DNA of 50,074 nt from NCBI GenBank assembly GCA_044344255.1, contig JBIJDH010000040.1, positions 1 to 50,074 of the forward strand, written 5' to 3'. The notes under the pieces are model-generated. The model saw only the letters and a list, made by a program, of their open reading frames with translations. It did not search any database and was not told the DNA's origin. Origin of the DNA: Myxococcota bacterium (lineage in GTDB: Bacteria; Myxococcota_A; UBA796; UBA2385). A program made the position numbers and the translations under genes. Shown piece after piece: positions 20,287 to 29,404 of the stretch (positions are counted from its first letter, which is position 1; each line of letters begins with the position of its first letter).

Positions 20287-20850
20287 TCAAAGGTCAAAGA
20301 GTCCGACGACGTAGAACATCTCCGCGCCCAGCATCCCGAGCAGGCCGAGCCAGGCGAAGTGGAGGAGACGCCGCCCCTCCAGGCCGGCCATCACGCGGAT
20401 GAAGACGTCGGACATGCTGGCGCCGACGCCCAAGAAGACCACGGCGTTGATGAACAGCCGAGCCGCGGAGTAGGGGAGGCAGAGCTCGAAGAACCAGAGC
20501 ACCGGGATGCTAGCGAGCATCGCGACGCCCCCGAAGCTCACCGTGACGAGGGTAGCGAGGGCGAGGCTCTGGAGCGTCAGCCGCGAGCCGCGGAGGCTGC
20601 CGAGCACGTAGAGGGAGGGTAAGGACGCGTTCCAGGCGATGCCGGCGGCGAGGATGGCCGCCGCCCCGCCCTGCCCAGCGGCGAGCGCGTCTTCGCTGAT
20701 GTGCATCGCCGCGCCATAGGCGCCGACGCCCACGGAGGCCGTGGCGGCGAGGGAGGCGAGCAGCGTGAAGGGGGCGCGGCGCTCAAGCGCCCAGCGCCGG
20801 GCGAAAGACTCCGGCTCGCGGAGGGCCTCGAGGACGAGGGAGAGGGACAT
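20287..20850 (-). CDS. Multi-pass membrane protein (Yip1-like, ~5 TM)
   Basis: ALREPESF, AYGAAM, SLPSLYVLGSLRGSRL, IPVLWFF; five hydrophobic segments. Confidence 0.75.
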   Translation of the reverse strand: MSLSLVLEALREPESFARRWALERRAPFTLLASLAATASVGVGAYGAAMHISEDALAAGQGGAAAILAAGIAWNASLPSLYVLGSLRGSRLTLQSLALATLVTVSFGGVAMLASIPVLWFFELCLPYSAARLFINAVVFLGVGASMSDVFIRVMAGLEGRRLLHFAWLGLLGMLGAEMFYVVGLFDL

Positions 20851-20992
20851 CGGGACTCCAGGGTGGGTCCCTCCCGTGTTGCACGGGACGTGCCGCGGCC
20901 CGATCGGCCTGCTCCCTCGACTCTTCGCGCCGGTCTCAACACGCCGTGGTCAGCGCCTGTCCACGCCGTGGACAGGAGCCCCCCCGAGCGGC

Positions 20993-23131
20993 TCAGCGCG
21001 CGCTCTCTTCCGACAGGCGGCGGGTCACCCGGCTGTAGAACAGGAGCACGGCGAAGATGATCAGGGCATAGGCCGCCGCATAGCCGTACCGATTGCCTCG
21101 ACTGAAGGCCCACCGATAGGCCTCGGAGATCAGGATCTCGGTCGAGCCGTCGGGCTCCCCCCCGCTCACGAGGTAGATGATGTTGAACATGTTGAAGGTC
21201 CACACGCTGCCGAGGATGACCGCGGGGAGCAGGGCTGGCTTCAGCAGCGGGAGCGTGACGTGGCGGAAGCGCTGCCAGCCGGTGGCGCCGTCCACCTCTG
21301 CGGCCTGCTCGAGCTCGCGCGGGATGGCCTGGAGCGCCCCGAGCGTCACCACCATCATGAAGGGGAAGCCGAGCCAGGTGTTCGTCGTCAGGTTGGCGGC
21401 GAAGGCCGTCGAAAACTGGCTGAACCAGCTCACGGGCTCCAGGCCCACCGCGGCGAGGAGGGCGTTGATCGCCCCGAACTGACGATGAAACATCCCCTTC
21501 CAGATGAGGGCGGTGATGTAATTGGGCACCGCCCAGGGGAGGACCAGCAGCACTCGATAGACCGCGCGGAGCTGCAGCCAGGGTTCGCGGAGCAGCATGG
21601 CCAGCGAGACGCCGAAGAAGACGTGCAGCACGACGTTGCTCAGCGTCCACAGCACGGTGATGGCCAACGTGAAATAGAAGCTCGGCGGCTGGGTGACGGG
21701 AAAGTCGGCCGAGGAGAGGATGCTCCAGAAGTTCGCGAGGCCGACGAAGATCCACTCCCCGTCCTTCTGCTCGAAGAGGCTGACCCCCGCGCCCACCACA
21801 AAGGGGGTGACGACGAGCAGCAGCATCGAGAGGGCGGCGGGCGCCACCCAGGCATAGGCGGAGGCCGAGGCCCGCACCTCGCCCCGCGCCCGCCAGAGGT
21901 CACGCAGCAGGTACGCGAGGAGCCCCGCGGCGAGGATGGTGCCGAGGGCGAGATAGGGGGTGGGCTCCGCAGGTGGAGGCGGCGGCCGACTGAGGACCGT
22001 GTAGTCGTGCTGCGCCTTCAGGACGGCCTCCTGGCCGCCGCTCGCGCCCCGCATCACCCGTCGGAGGGAGAGGGCCATCGGCTCCCAGGTCGAGGCCATC
22101 TCCGGCCGGTTGGACATCGGCACGGAGTGGTCGAGCTGGGCCCGAAAGGCGGAGAGCACCGGATCGGCCGACAGGCGGGGGTCGTCATAGGCCGACAGGG
22201 TGGCCACCACCTGCCTGCCCACCAGGGCGCGCTCCACCGCGACGGGCCCGGAGACGAGCCAGCGCGCGAACTCCCGGGCCTCCTCGGGGTGCGTGGAGAA
22301 GCCCGACACGAAGACCGCCTCGACGGTCAGGAAGGGCGCCGCGGCATGCCCGGTGGCGGACACGGTGGGGATCGTCGAGATCGTGTAGCGCACGCTCGGA
22401 TCGATCTCGCCCAGGAACCAAGGGCCGCTGATCACCGTCGCGGCGGCCCCGCTGTTGAAGAGCTGCGTGACGAGGGCGGTGGTGGGCTCCTCGGGGACGA
22501 TGCCCTGCACGGTGAGCGAGCGGGCGAAGTCAAGGGAGGCCGCGTTCCCCGGCTGATCGAGGCGGACCGCGTCGCCCTGGAAGACACCGCCGCCGAAGCC
22601 GTGCAGCCACGGTGCGTGAAAGAAGGGCTCGGTGGCGGGGTAAGCCAGCGCGTAGCCCCCGCGGGCCTTCATCTTGTCGCCGAGCGCGAGCAGGGCGTCG
22701 GTGGTGGCCGGGGGCGCATCCACGAGGGCGTCGTTCGAGAAGAGGGCGAGGCACTTGGTCGCCAGCGGGAGCCCCATCACCTGACCCTCCCAGCGGAGGG
22801 CCTCGACGGTGGTGGGGTGGAGGCCCGCCGGCACGTCGGCCCAGGGTGAGAGCAGGCCACGGTTGGCCCAGGCGCCGCTGCGCTCGTGGGCGGCGATGAA
22901 GAGGTCAGGCCCGTTGCCGCGGGGGGCCGCCGCCTCGAGCTTGCTCACGAAGCCCTCGTAGGGCACGGCGAGGGCGGCGACGGGGGCCTCGGGGTGCTCG
23001 ACGGTCCACCGCGCGGCCAGATCCTCCAGCGCCTGGGCCTCATCTCCCCGGTAGGCGTGCCAGAGGCGGAGCTCCACGGGGGCGCCCGCCACGGGGGCCG
23101 CCAGGGCGACAGCGGTGAGCAGCAGCAGCAA
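20993..23131 (-). CDS. Fused sugar ABC transporter: MalE-like binding protein + MalF-like permease
   Basis: LRLWHAY, GPDLFIAAHE, ISGPWF (binding protein); LVLPWAVPNYITALIW, WLGFPFMMVV.LGALQAIP.EL..AAEVDGA (EAA loop). TTG start behind GGAGG. Confidence 0.9.
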   Translation of the reverse strand: MLLLLTAVALAAPVAGAPVELRLWHAYRGDEAQALEDLAARWTVEHPEAPVAALAVPYEGFVSKLEAAAPRGNGPDLFIAAHERSGAWANRGLLSPWADVPAGLHPTTVEALRWEGQVMGLPLATKCLALFSNDALVDAPPATTDALLALGDKMKARGGYALAYPATEPFFHAPWLHGFGGGVFQGDAVRLDQPGNAASLDFARSLTVQGIVPEEPTTALVTQLFNSGAAATVISGPWFLGEIDPSVRYTISTIPTVSATGHAAAPFLTVEAVFVSGFSTHPEEAREFARWLVSGPVAVERALVGRQVVATLSAYDDPRLSADPVLSAFRAQLDHSVPMSNRPEMASTWEPMALSLRRVMRGASGGQEAVLKAQHDYTVLSRPPPPPAEPTPYLALGTILAAGLLAYLLRDLWRARGEVRASASAYAWVAPAALSMLLLVVTPFVVGAGVSLFEQKDGEWIFVGLANFWSILSSADFPVTQPPSFYFTLAITVLWTLSNVVLHVFFGVSLAMLLREPWLQLRAVYRVLLVLPWAVPNYITALIWKGMFHRQFGAINALLAAVGLEPVSWFSQFSTAFAANLTTNTWLGFPFMMVVTLGALQAIPRELEQAAEVDGATGWQRFRHVTLPLLKPALLPAVILGSVWTFNMFNIIYLVSGGEPDGSTEILISEAYRWAFSRGNRYGYAAAYALIIFAVLLFYSRVTRRLSEESAR

Positions 23132-23372
23132 GGGAGACCTCCGGGCCCGCAGCCTACCAGAGGCGGGCGACCGGCCGTCGGGGCGAGGGCGGGCAGGGTC
23201 CAGAGGCAGGGCCCGTTGGAAAGGTCCGTGTCAGGCCCGCGCCAGAGCCGAACCGCGGTCAGGGGCCGCTGTCGGTCCACTCACAGCCCGCGGGCCGCTC
23301 GACCCAGGGCGCCCCCGAGCCAGTCCACACCGCGTCGCCACCTCGGGTCCCGCGACCCCCTTGGAGCCTGTC

Positions 23373-25262
23373 ATGACCTCCCGTACGCGCCTCCTCGCCA
23401 TCCTCCTGCCCTCAGTGTTGATCGGCGCCCTCCTCACCCTGACCCTCCGGCGGGACGCGGGACCGGCGCCGCACCAGGACTCGCCCCCGGCCCCTTCGCC
23501 CGGGCCAGAAGCGGAGGATCGGGCTGGCGAGGAGCAGGGCGCGACCCGCGCCGAGGTGAAGACCACCGGCGCCGCTGCGTCGCCGGCCCTGCCTCCGCGG
23601 CTCGATCAGGGTATCAACGGGCTCGTCGGGGCGCAGGCCCAGGAGATGGGATCGAGCGGGCTCGGGGCGCGGGGCGTCGGGCTGGGCGGCGGCGGCGCGC
23701 TCCACGGCATCGGCGGGCTCGGCACCAAGGGTCGCGGGAGCGGGTCTGCCGGCTACGGGAGCGGCACGAGCGCCTACGGGGCAGCGGGGAGAGCGGCCTA
23801 TCACGCGACCGCACGGATACCCGAAGTCTATCGAAACACCGACGAATCCCCCTCGGAGGCGGGCCCACGCTCACCGACCAACCCCTACACCGCGGTCGCC
23901 GAGGACAGGCTCAGCACCTTCGCCATCGACGTCGACACCGCGAGCTACTCACAGGCTCGCCGCGTGATCCAGTCCGGAGGGCTGCCGCAGGCCGACAGCG
24001 TCCGCCCCGAGGAATTCATCAACTACTTCCACTACGGATACAGCCAACCGCCCTCCCTCACGAGCGCCGAGGGCGGCCCCGCCCCGACCGCCCTCCCCTT
24101 CTCGGTGGACATGGAGGCCATGCCGGACCCCTTCCGGCCCGGCCACCACACGCTGCGGATCGGCGTTCAGGGCCGCGCGGTGGCCCGGGACAGCCGGCCC
24201 TCGGTCCACCTGACCTTCCTGGTCGATGTCTCGGGCTCGATGGCCGCGGACGACAAGCTCGGCCTCGCGCAGCGCTCCCTCCACCTGCTCGTAGACGGCC
24301 TCCGCGAGGATGACACGGTCGCCCTCGCCACCTACGCGGGGCGGGTCGCGACCCTGCTCGAGCCCACGCCGGCCGGACAGGCCGCCACCGTCCACGCGGC
24401 GATCGACGCCCTGAGCTCCGGAGGCAGCACGGCGATGTCCGCCGGGATTGACCTCGCTTATGGCCTCGCCCAGTCTTCTTTCGAGCCCGGCCATGAGAAC
24501 CGCGTCATCATCCTCTCGGACGGCGACGCGAACGTCGGCAACACCAGCTGGGACGAGCTCCTCTCCCAGATCAAGGGGGCCGCAGACCGAGGAGTGACGC
24601 TCTCCACCATCGGCTTCGGGTTGGGCAACTACCAAGACACGCTGATGGAGCAGCTCGCCGACAAGGGGGACGGCAACAACTACTACATTGACTCCGAAGC
24701 GCAGGCGAAGCGGGTCTTCGTGCAAGGCCTGGGCGGCACGCTCGTGACCATCGCCCGCGACGTGAAGATCCAGGTCGAGATGAACCCCGAGAGCGTCCTC
24801 GCCTATCGGCTGATCGGCTACGAGAACCGTGATGTGGCCGACAAGGACTTCCGGAATGACCGGATCGACGGCGGCGAAGTGGGCTCGGGCCACCAGGTGA
24901 CGGCGCTCTACGACGTCCTCCTCAAGGAGGGACACGCCCCCACCCTCGCCACGGTGCGGCTGCGCTGGGAGAGGCCGGGGGCCGACAGCACCGCACAGGA
25001 GCGCGCCTATCCCTTCCCCGACCGGGCCCTCCGAGAGACCCTGTCGCTCACCACCCCCGATACGCGGATCGCCTACGCGGCGGCCACCTTCGCCGAGCTC
25101 CTCCGAGGCTCCGATCACGCCCCGGAGATCGAGCTCGGCGCGCTCCTCGACCTCACCCGCGCCGCGGCCCGCGCCGGGAACAAGGACGACGCCGAGCTCC
25201 TCCGCTTGATCGAGCGCGCCCGAGCGGTCGGGCTCCCGTCCACCCGCCTCAGCCAGCGCTGA
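23373..25262 (+). CDS. YfbK-type vWA protein (vWF_A + VWA + DUF3520), membrane-anchored, Gly-rich N-terminus
   Basis: LSTFAIDVDTASY, RPEEFINYF.Y, MIDAS DVSGSM, SDGDANVG, YRLIGYENR..DF.ND..DGGE.G.GH.VTALY; N-terminal TM; GLGGGG...GIGGLGTKGRGSG. Confidence 0.9.
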   Translation: MTSRTRLLAILLPSVLIGALLTLTLRRDAGPAPHQDSPPAPSPGPEAEDRAGEEQGATRAEVKTTGAAASPALPPRLDQGINGLVGAQAQEMGSSGLGARGVGLGGGGALHGIGGLGTKGRGSGSAGYGSGTSAYGAAGRAAYHATARIPEVYRNTDESPSEAGPRSPTNPYTAVAEDRLSTFAIDVDTASYSQARRVIQSGGLPQADSVRPEEFINYFHYGYSQPPSLTSAEGGPAPTALPFSVDMEAMPDPFRPGHHTLRIGVQGRAVARDSRPSVHLTFLVDVSGSMAADDKLGLAQRSLHLLVDGLREDDTVALATYAGRVATLLEPTPAGQAATVHAAIDALSSGGSTAMSAGIDLAYGLAQSSFEPGHENRVIILSDGDANVGNTSWDELLSQIKGAADRGVTLSTIGFGLGNYQDTLMEQLADKGDGNNYYIDSEAQAKRVFVQGLGGTLVTIARDVKIQVEMNPESVLAYRLIGYENRDVADKDFRNDRIDGGEVGSGHQVTALYDVLLKEGHAPTLATVRLRWERPGADSTAQERAYPFPDRALRETLSLTTPDTRIAYAAATFAELLRGSDHAPEIELGALLDLTRAAARAGNKDDAELLRLIERARAVGLPSTRLSQR

Positions 25263-25460
25263 GCGCCCGACCCTGGCGGGGAGCGCAGAGCGTGGAAGAA
25301 CTTCGCAGGTGAGGTGTAAGGGCGGCCCCGCTCCCTCGTTCCCCCCCCGAAGTCGGGCGAACCGGTCCTCCGAGACGCCCCCGAACGAACAGCCGGTCCG
25401 CCGACAGACCACAACGGTCTATCGGCGGTCACCTCACGGACACCGCCCGAAGGAGCTCCT

Positions 25461-27476
25461 ATGCGCCGCCTCTTCCTCGACCGTTGCAGCCCCGCCCTCT
25501 CCACCGCCCTCGCCCTCTTCGCGCTCCACGGCTGCTCGGCGCACAGCCCCGCCGAGGTGACGCCCGCTCCGATGCCTCAGGCCGCCGGCGAGAAGGCAGA
25601 CGACCGATCCTTCATCCAGGAGGGGACGGTCGACGAGGAGCAGGCCTCTGCCCCCAAGAAGGATGTCCAACTGGCCGGTCGGGAAGAGTCGAATCGGGAA
25701 GAGGCGAAGACGGAGGCGCTCCCGATGGTGGCCGCAGCAGAGCCGCTGAGCGGCGGAGAGGCGAGCACCCGCGCCCAGGCCACCGCCCCGGTCGCCCAGG
25801 GAGCCTCCGCCGGCGGTCGCGCCTCCGCCGCCGGCCGCACGAACCTCGACCCCGGGGCCTCGATGGCCGACGCCCCCGCCCCGGTCGCCCCCGCCACCGC
25901 GCAGCGCCAGAAGCGCGCCCCCGTCGCCGAGCTCTCCGCCAAGGCGCCCGCGCCGAGCGGCCCGATGGGCGGGACGGTCGGGACGGTCGGGATGAACACC
26001 GGGATGGCGGCCGCGACGACGACCGCGACGACGACCGCGACGAAGACCGCGACGACGACGCCGGTGATGCCGCCGCCCCAGGACACGGTCTCCTCGGCGG
26101 AGGAGTACCGGGACTACGGCGTCAACCCCTTCACCATGGTGGCCGAAGATCGGCTCAGCACCTTCTCGATCGACGTCGATACGGCCTCCTACACGATCAG
26201 CCGCCGGAAGCTCCAGGAGGAGCGCAGCCTCCCCCCGGGCTCGGCGGTGCGGGTCGAAGAATTCGTCAACTATTTCAAGTACGACTACGCCAAGCCCTCC
26301 TCGGAGCCCTTCAGCGTGAGCATGGAGGCGATGCCCGACCCCTTCCGGCCCGGCCACCACACCCTCCGCGTCGGCGTGCAGGGTAAGGAGATCGCTCGTA
26401 ACGAGCGCCCCGCCGTCCACCTCACCTTCCTCGTCGATGTGTCGGGGTCGATGGCCTCGGCAGACAAGCTCGGCCTCGCCCAGCACTCGATGCACCGCAT
26501 GGTAGACGGTCTCCGGGAGGATGACACGGTCGCCCTCGCCACCTACGCCGGCCGCGTCGCCAAGATCCTCGATCCCACCTCGGCCGGCGACGCCCGCACC
26601 ATCCACAAGGCGATTGACTCGCTCCAGTCGGGCGGCTCCACCGCGATGTCGGCCGGCATTGACATCGCCTATGACCTCGCCACGCGCTCCTTCGAGCCCG
26701 GCCACGAGAACCGCGTCGTGGTGCTCTCGGACGGCGACGCCAACGTCGGCAACACCTCTTGGGACGCGATGCTCTCCCAGATCAAGCAGCACGCCGATCG
26801 CGGCGTCACCCTGTCCACCATCGGCTTCGGGATGGGCAACTACAAGGACACGCTGATGGAGCAGCTCGCCAACAAGGGCGACGGCAACAACTACTACATC
26901 GACAGCAAGCAGCAGGCCGAGCGGGTCTTCGTGAGCGAGCTCGGAGGGACCATGGTGACCATCGCCCGCGACACGAAGATCCAGGTGGAGTTCAATCCGG
27001 AGAGCGTGGTGGCCTATCGCCTCGTCGGCTACGAGAACCGCGACATCGCCGACAAGGACTTCCGGAATGACCGCGTGGACGCCGGCGAGGTGGGCTCGGG
27101 CCACCAGGTGACGGCGCTCTACGACGTGGTCCTCAAGGACGGCTACGCCCCCACCGTCGCCACCGTCCGCATGCGCTACGAGAAGCCGGGCGCCGACGGG
27201 GTCGCCGCCGAGAAGGCCTTCCCCTTCGCCGATCGCGCGCTCAAGGAGACCGCCCCCCTCACCTCCCGTGACACCCGCATCGCCTACACCGCCGCCACAT
27301 TCGCCGAGATCCTGCGCGGCTCCCCCCACGCCGCCGAGGTCGACATCAACAAGCTCATCGCCTTCGGCAAGGCGGCCCAGCGTAACAACAAGGACGACGC
27401 CGAGCTCATCGCCCTGATGGAGCGGGCCCGCGACCTCGGCGCCAACGGCGGCAGCGGCGCGGTGTCGAAGCGCTGA
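25461..27476 (+). CDS. YfbK-type vWA lipoprotein (paralog of the upstream gene)
   Basis: AAGGAG RBS; lipobox ALHGC; Ala/Pro/Thr linker; same vWF_A/VWA/DUF3520 motifs. Confidence 0.92.
   Translation: MRRLFLDRCSPALSTALALFALHGCSAHSPAEVTPAPMPQAAGEKADDRSFIQEGTVDEEQASAPKKDVQLAGREESNREEAKTEALPMVAAAEPLSGGEASTRAQATAPVAQGASAGGRASAAGRTNLDPGASMADAPAPVAPATAQRQKRAPVAELSAKAPAPSGPMGGTVGTVGMNTGMAAATTTATTTATKTATTTPVMPPPQDTVSSAEEYRDYGVNPFTMVAEDRLSTFSIDVDTASYTISRRKLQEERSLPPGSAVRVEEFVNYFKYDYAKPSSEPFSVSMEAMPDPFRPGHHTLRVGVQGKEIARNERPAVHLTFLVDVSGSMASADKLGLAQHSMHRMVDGLREDDTVALATYAGRVAKILDPTSAGDARTIHKAIDSLQSGGSTAMSAGIDIAYDLATRSFEPGHENRVVVLSDGDANVGNTSWDAMLSQIKQHADRGVTLSTIGFGMGNYKDTLMEQLANKGDGNNYYIDSKQQAERVFVSELGGTMVTIARDTKIQVEFNPESVVAYRLVGYENRDIADKDFRNDRVDAGEVGSGHQVTALYDVVLKDGYAPTVATVRMRYEKPGADGVAAEKAFPFADRALKETAPLTSRDTRIAYTAATFAEILRGSPHAAEVDINKLIAFGKAAQRNNKDDAELIALMERARDLGANGGSGAVSKR
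26013..26060 (+). repeat. 12-bp x4 tandem repeat encoding a Thr-rich linker
   Basis: GCGACGACGACC-like unit four times, giving ATTT ATTT ATKT ATTT. Confidence 0.85.
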
Positions 27477-27485
27477 TCCGCGGGT

Positions 27486-28481
27486 CTATCCCCGGTCGGC
27501 GCACTCGCCGGCCAGGGGGGTGAGGAGGCGCCGACCGAGCTCAGCCCGGTCGGCGCCTTGGCCGATCAGCCACATGACCTTTACGGTGGCCGCCTCGGTA
27601 GTCATATCCCCCGCGAAGAAGGCGCCTCGTTGTGCAGCGACGGCGCTGCAGTCATATCGCCCAGGCAGCACAGAGCCCCGCGCACACTGGCTCGTCACCA
27701 CGATCGAGACCCCGGCCGCGGTGGCCGCCTCGATGGCGTCCGGCCAGCCGGCGTGGGGGAGGTTCCCCTCTCCAAAGCCGCGCAGGATCACGGCCCGGAC
27801 GCCGCTGTCCACGAGGCGCGGGAGGATCTCGGCCCCCATCCCCGGGAAGAGCGAGAGGACGAGCACGTCTCGGGAGAAGCCCGGCTGGAAAGAGAAGGGT
27901 TCGACCGGTGCAGGGAGGCTCGGGCCCGCGACCACGTCCACCCCCATGCTCACGAGCGGCGCGTGGTTCGGAGAAGCGAAGGCGTCGTAGTCTTGGATCG
28001 ACACCTTCGTGGCCCGGTTCCCCCGATAGAGGTGGCTCCCGAAGTAGAGCCCGACCTCCGGGAGGCCGAGCGTGGCGCAGATCGTCGAGTGGACGAGGTT
28101 GCTGCGGGCGTCGGTGCGAAGCTCGGCGATCGGCCGTTGGCTGCCGGTCACCACCACGGTCTTCGGGAGGCCGCGCAGCATGAAGGAGAGGGCCGCGGCG
28201 GTCCAGGCCATGGTGTCCGTGCCGTGCAGCACGACGAAGCCGTCGTAGGCGTCGATGTTCTCCGCGATGAGGCGGCCGAGCTCCTCCCAGATCTCCGGGC
28301 TCATGTCGGTGGAGTCGATCGAGCAGACCACGCGGCCCTCGATCTCGGCCACCGCCTCCAACCCGGCGACGAAGGGCAGCACCGCCTGATCGTAGAAGGC
28401 CGGCTCCAGCGGACCCGGCTTTCGCTGGATCATGCCGAGCGTGCCGCCCGTGTGCAGGAAGAGGAGGCGGTGTCGCTTCAC
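27486..28481 (-). CDS. ansA: Type I (cytoplasmic) L-asparaginase
   Basis: HTGGTLGM, DSTDM, GFVVLHGTDTMA, VTGSQRP, RGNRATK, DMTTEAA.VK. Confidence 0.9.
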   Translation of the reverse strand: MKRHRLLFLHTGGTLGMIQRKPGPLEPAFYDQAVLPFVAGLEAVAEIEGRVVCSIDSTDMSPEIWEELGRLIAENIDAYDGFVVLHGTDTMAWTAAALSFMLRGLPKTVVVTGSQRPIAELRTDARSNLVHSTICATLGLPEVGLYFGSHLYRGNRATKVSIQDYDAFASPNHAPLVSMGVDVVAGPSLPAPVEPFSFQPGFSRDVLVLSLFPGMGAEILPRLVDSGVRAVILRGFGEGNLPHAGWPDAIEAATAAGVSIVVTSQCARGSVLPGRYDCSAVAAQRGAFFAGDMTTEAATVKVMWLIGQGADRAELGRRLLTPLAGECADRG

Positions 28482-28538
28482 GGGGTCCCCCGGGCGGCGG
28501 AAGGAGGGAGCGACGCCCAGACTCCCGCAGGAGCGGAC

Positions 28539-28895
28539 TCAGAAGAGGAAGAGGTCCTCGTCGTAGCAGGCGCCATCGGCGATGTCGGCGCACTCCTCCT
28601 CATCGACACACTGCTTGTACTCTTTGAAGCGCTCGGCGAGCTGCTCATCGGTCCAGCGGTCGTTGTAGAGGGTCTGCTGCTCCTCACACTCCTCCTGACA
28701 GGTGGAGAGGGCGACGCGCGGCGTGTCGAGCTCCTCGCAGGAGAGGAGCTTCTTGCAGGTGGCCTTGCAGGTGGGCTCACAGCCCGCGCCGAGGGCGGCG
28801 AGCAGCCCCAGCAGCGCCCAAGCCCCAGCGACCCGCGCCGCGCGGGCGGGGCGGCCGAGGGGCCGGTGATCAGGGGAGGGGCGCGCAGTAACCAT
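28539..28895 (-). CDS. Cys-rich lipoprotein
   Basis: ALLGLLAALGAGC lipobox followed by 8 further Cys; start uncertain. Confidence 0.7.
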   Translation of the reverse strand: MVTARPSPDHRPLGRPARAARVAGAWALLGLLAALGAGCEPTCKATCKKLLSCEELDTPRVALSTCQEECEEQQTLYNDRWTDEQLAERFKEYKQCVDEEECADIADGACYDEDLFLF

Positions 28896-29310
28896 TGTTG
28901 ATGAGCTCGCAGGAGGTCGTAGCCACACACTCCATCCACAGCGCGACTTCCGCGTCGTTCGTGAAACGGACCGACTCGGACTCGTTGGCGGGGGTGTACT
29001 CGTAGGGGTTGTAGTCGTCGCGGACCTCACCCGGGACATCGAGCGCGCCCTCGCACTCGGCCACACAGTCGCCGATGCGCTCCTCACGGGAGTCGTTGCC
29101 CACCTTGACGATGTTGCACTCCCCCTCGAGGTAGAGGTGGTTGCAGGCCTCCTGACAGTTGCAGGAGTTCTCCTCGCAGGCGCTGCTGCAGCCATCGAGC
29201 ACCGGCAGACCGAGCAGGGCGCCGAGGAAGAGCGGCGCGCGGAGGCGGAACGCCGACCGACCCGCTGCGGGGGCGCTCGCGTTCGGGGTGCGAGAGGGGG
29301 TGGCGGTCAT
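28870..29310 (-). CDS. Cys-rich lipoprotein
   Basis: LFLGALLGLPVLDGC, then a Cys-rich acidic domain; GGAG RBS. Confidence 0.72.
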   Translation of the reverse strand: MTATPSRTPNASAPAAGRSAFRLRAPLFLGALLGLPVLDGCSSACEENSCNCQEACNHLYLEGECNIVKVGNDSREERIGDCVAECEGALDVPGEVRDDYNPYEYTPANESESVRFTNDAEVALWMECVATTSCELINNGYCAPLP

Positions 29311-29404
29311 CGGACGGTCTCCACGACGGGCTGCGAGGGTAATCGGGCCGGGACTCCGGCGTCAACGGGCAGCGGTCAAGGGCCTGTAGGGTTAGGGCGG
29401 CGTG

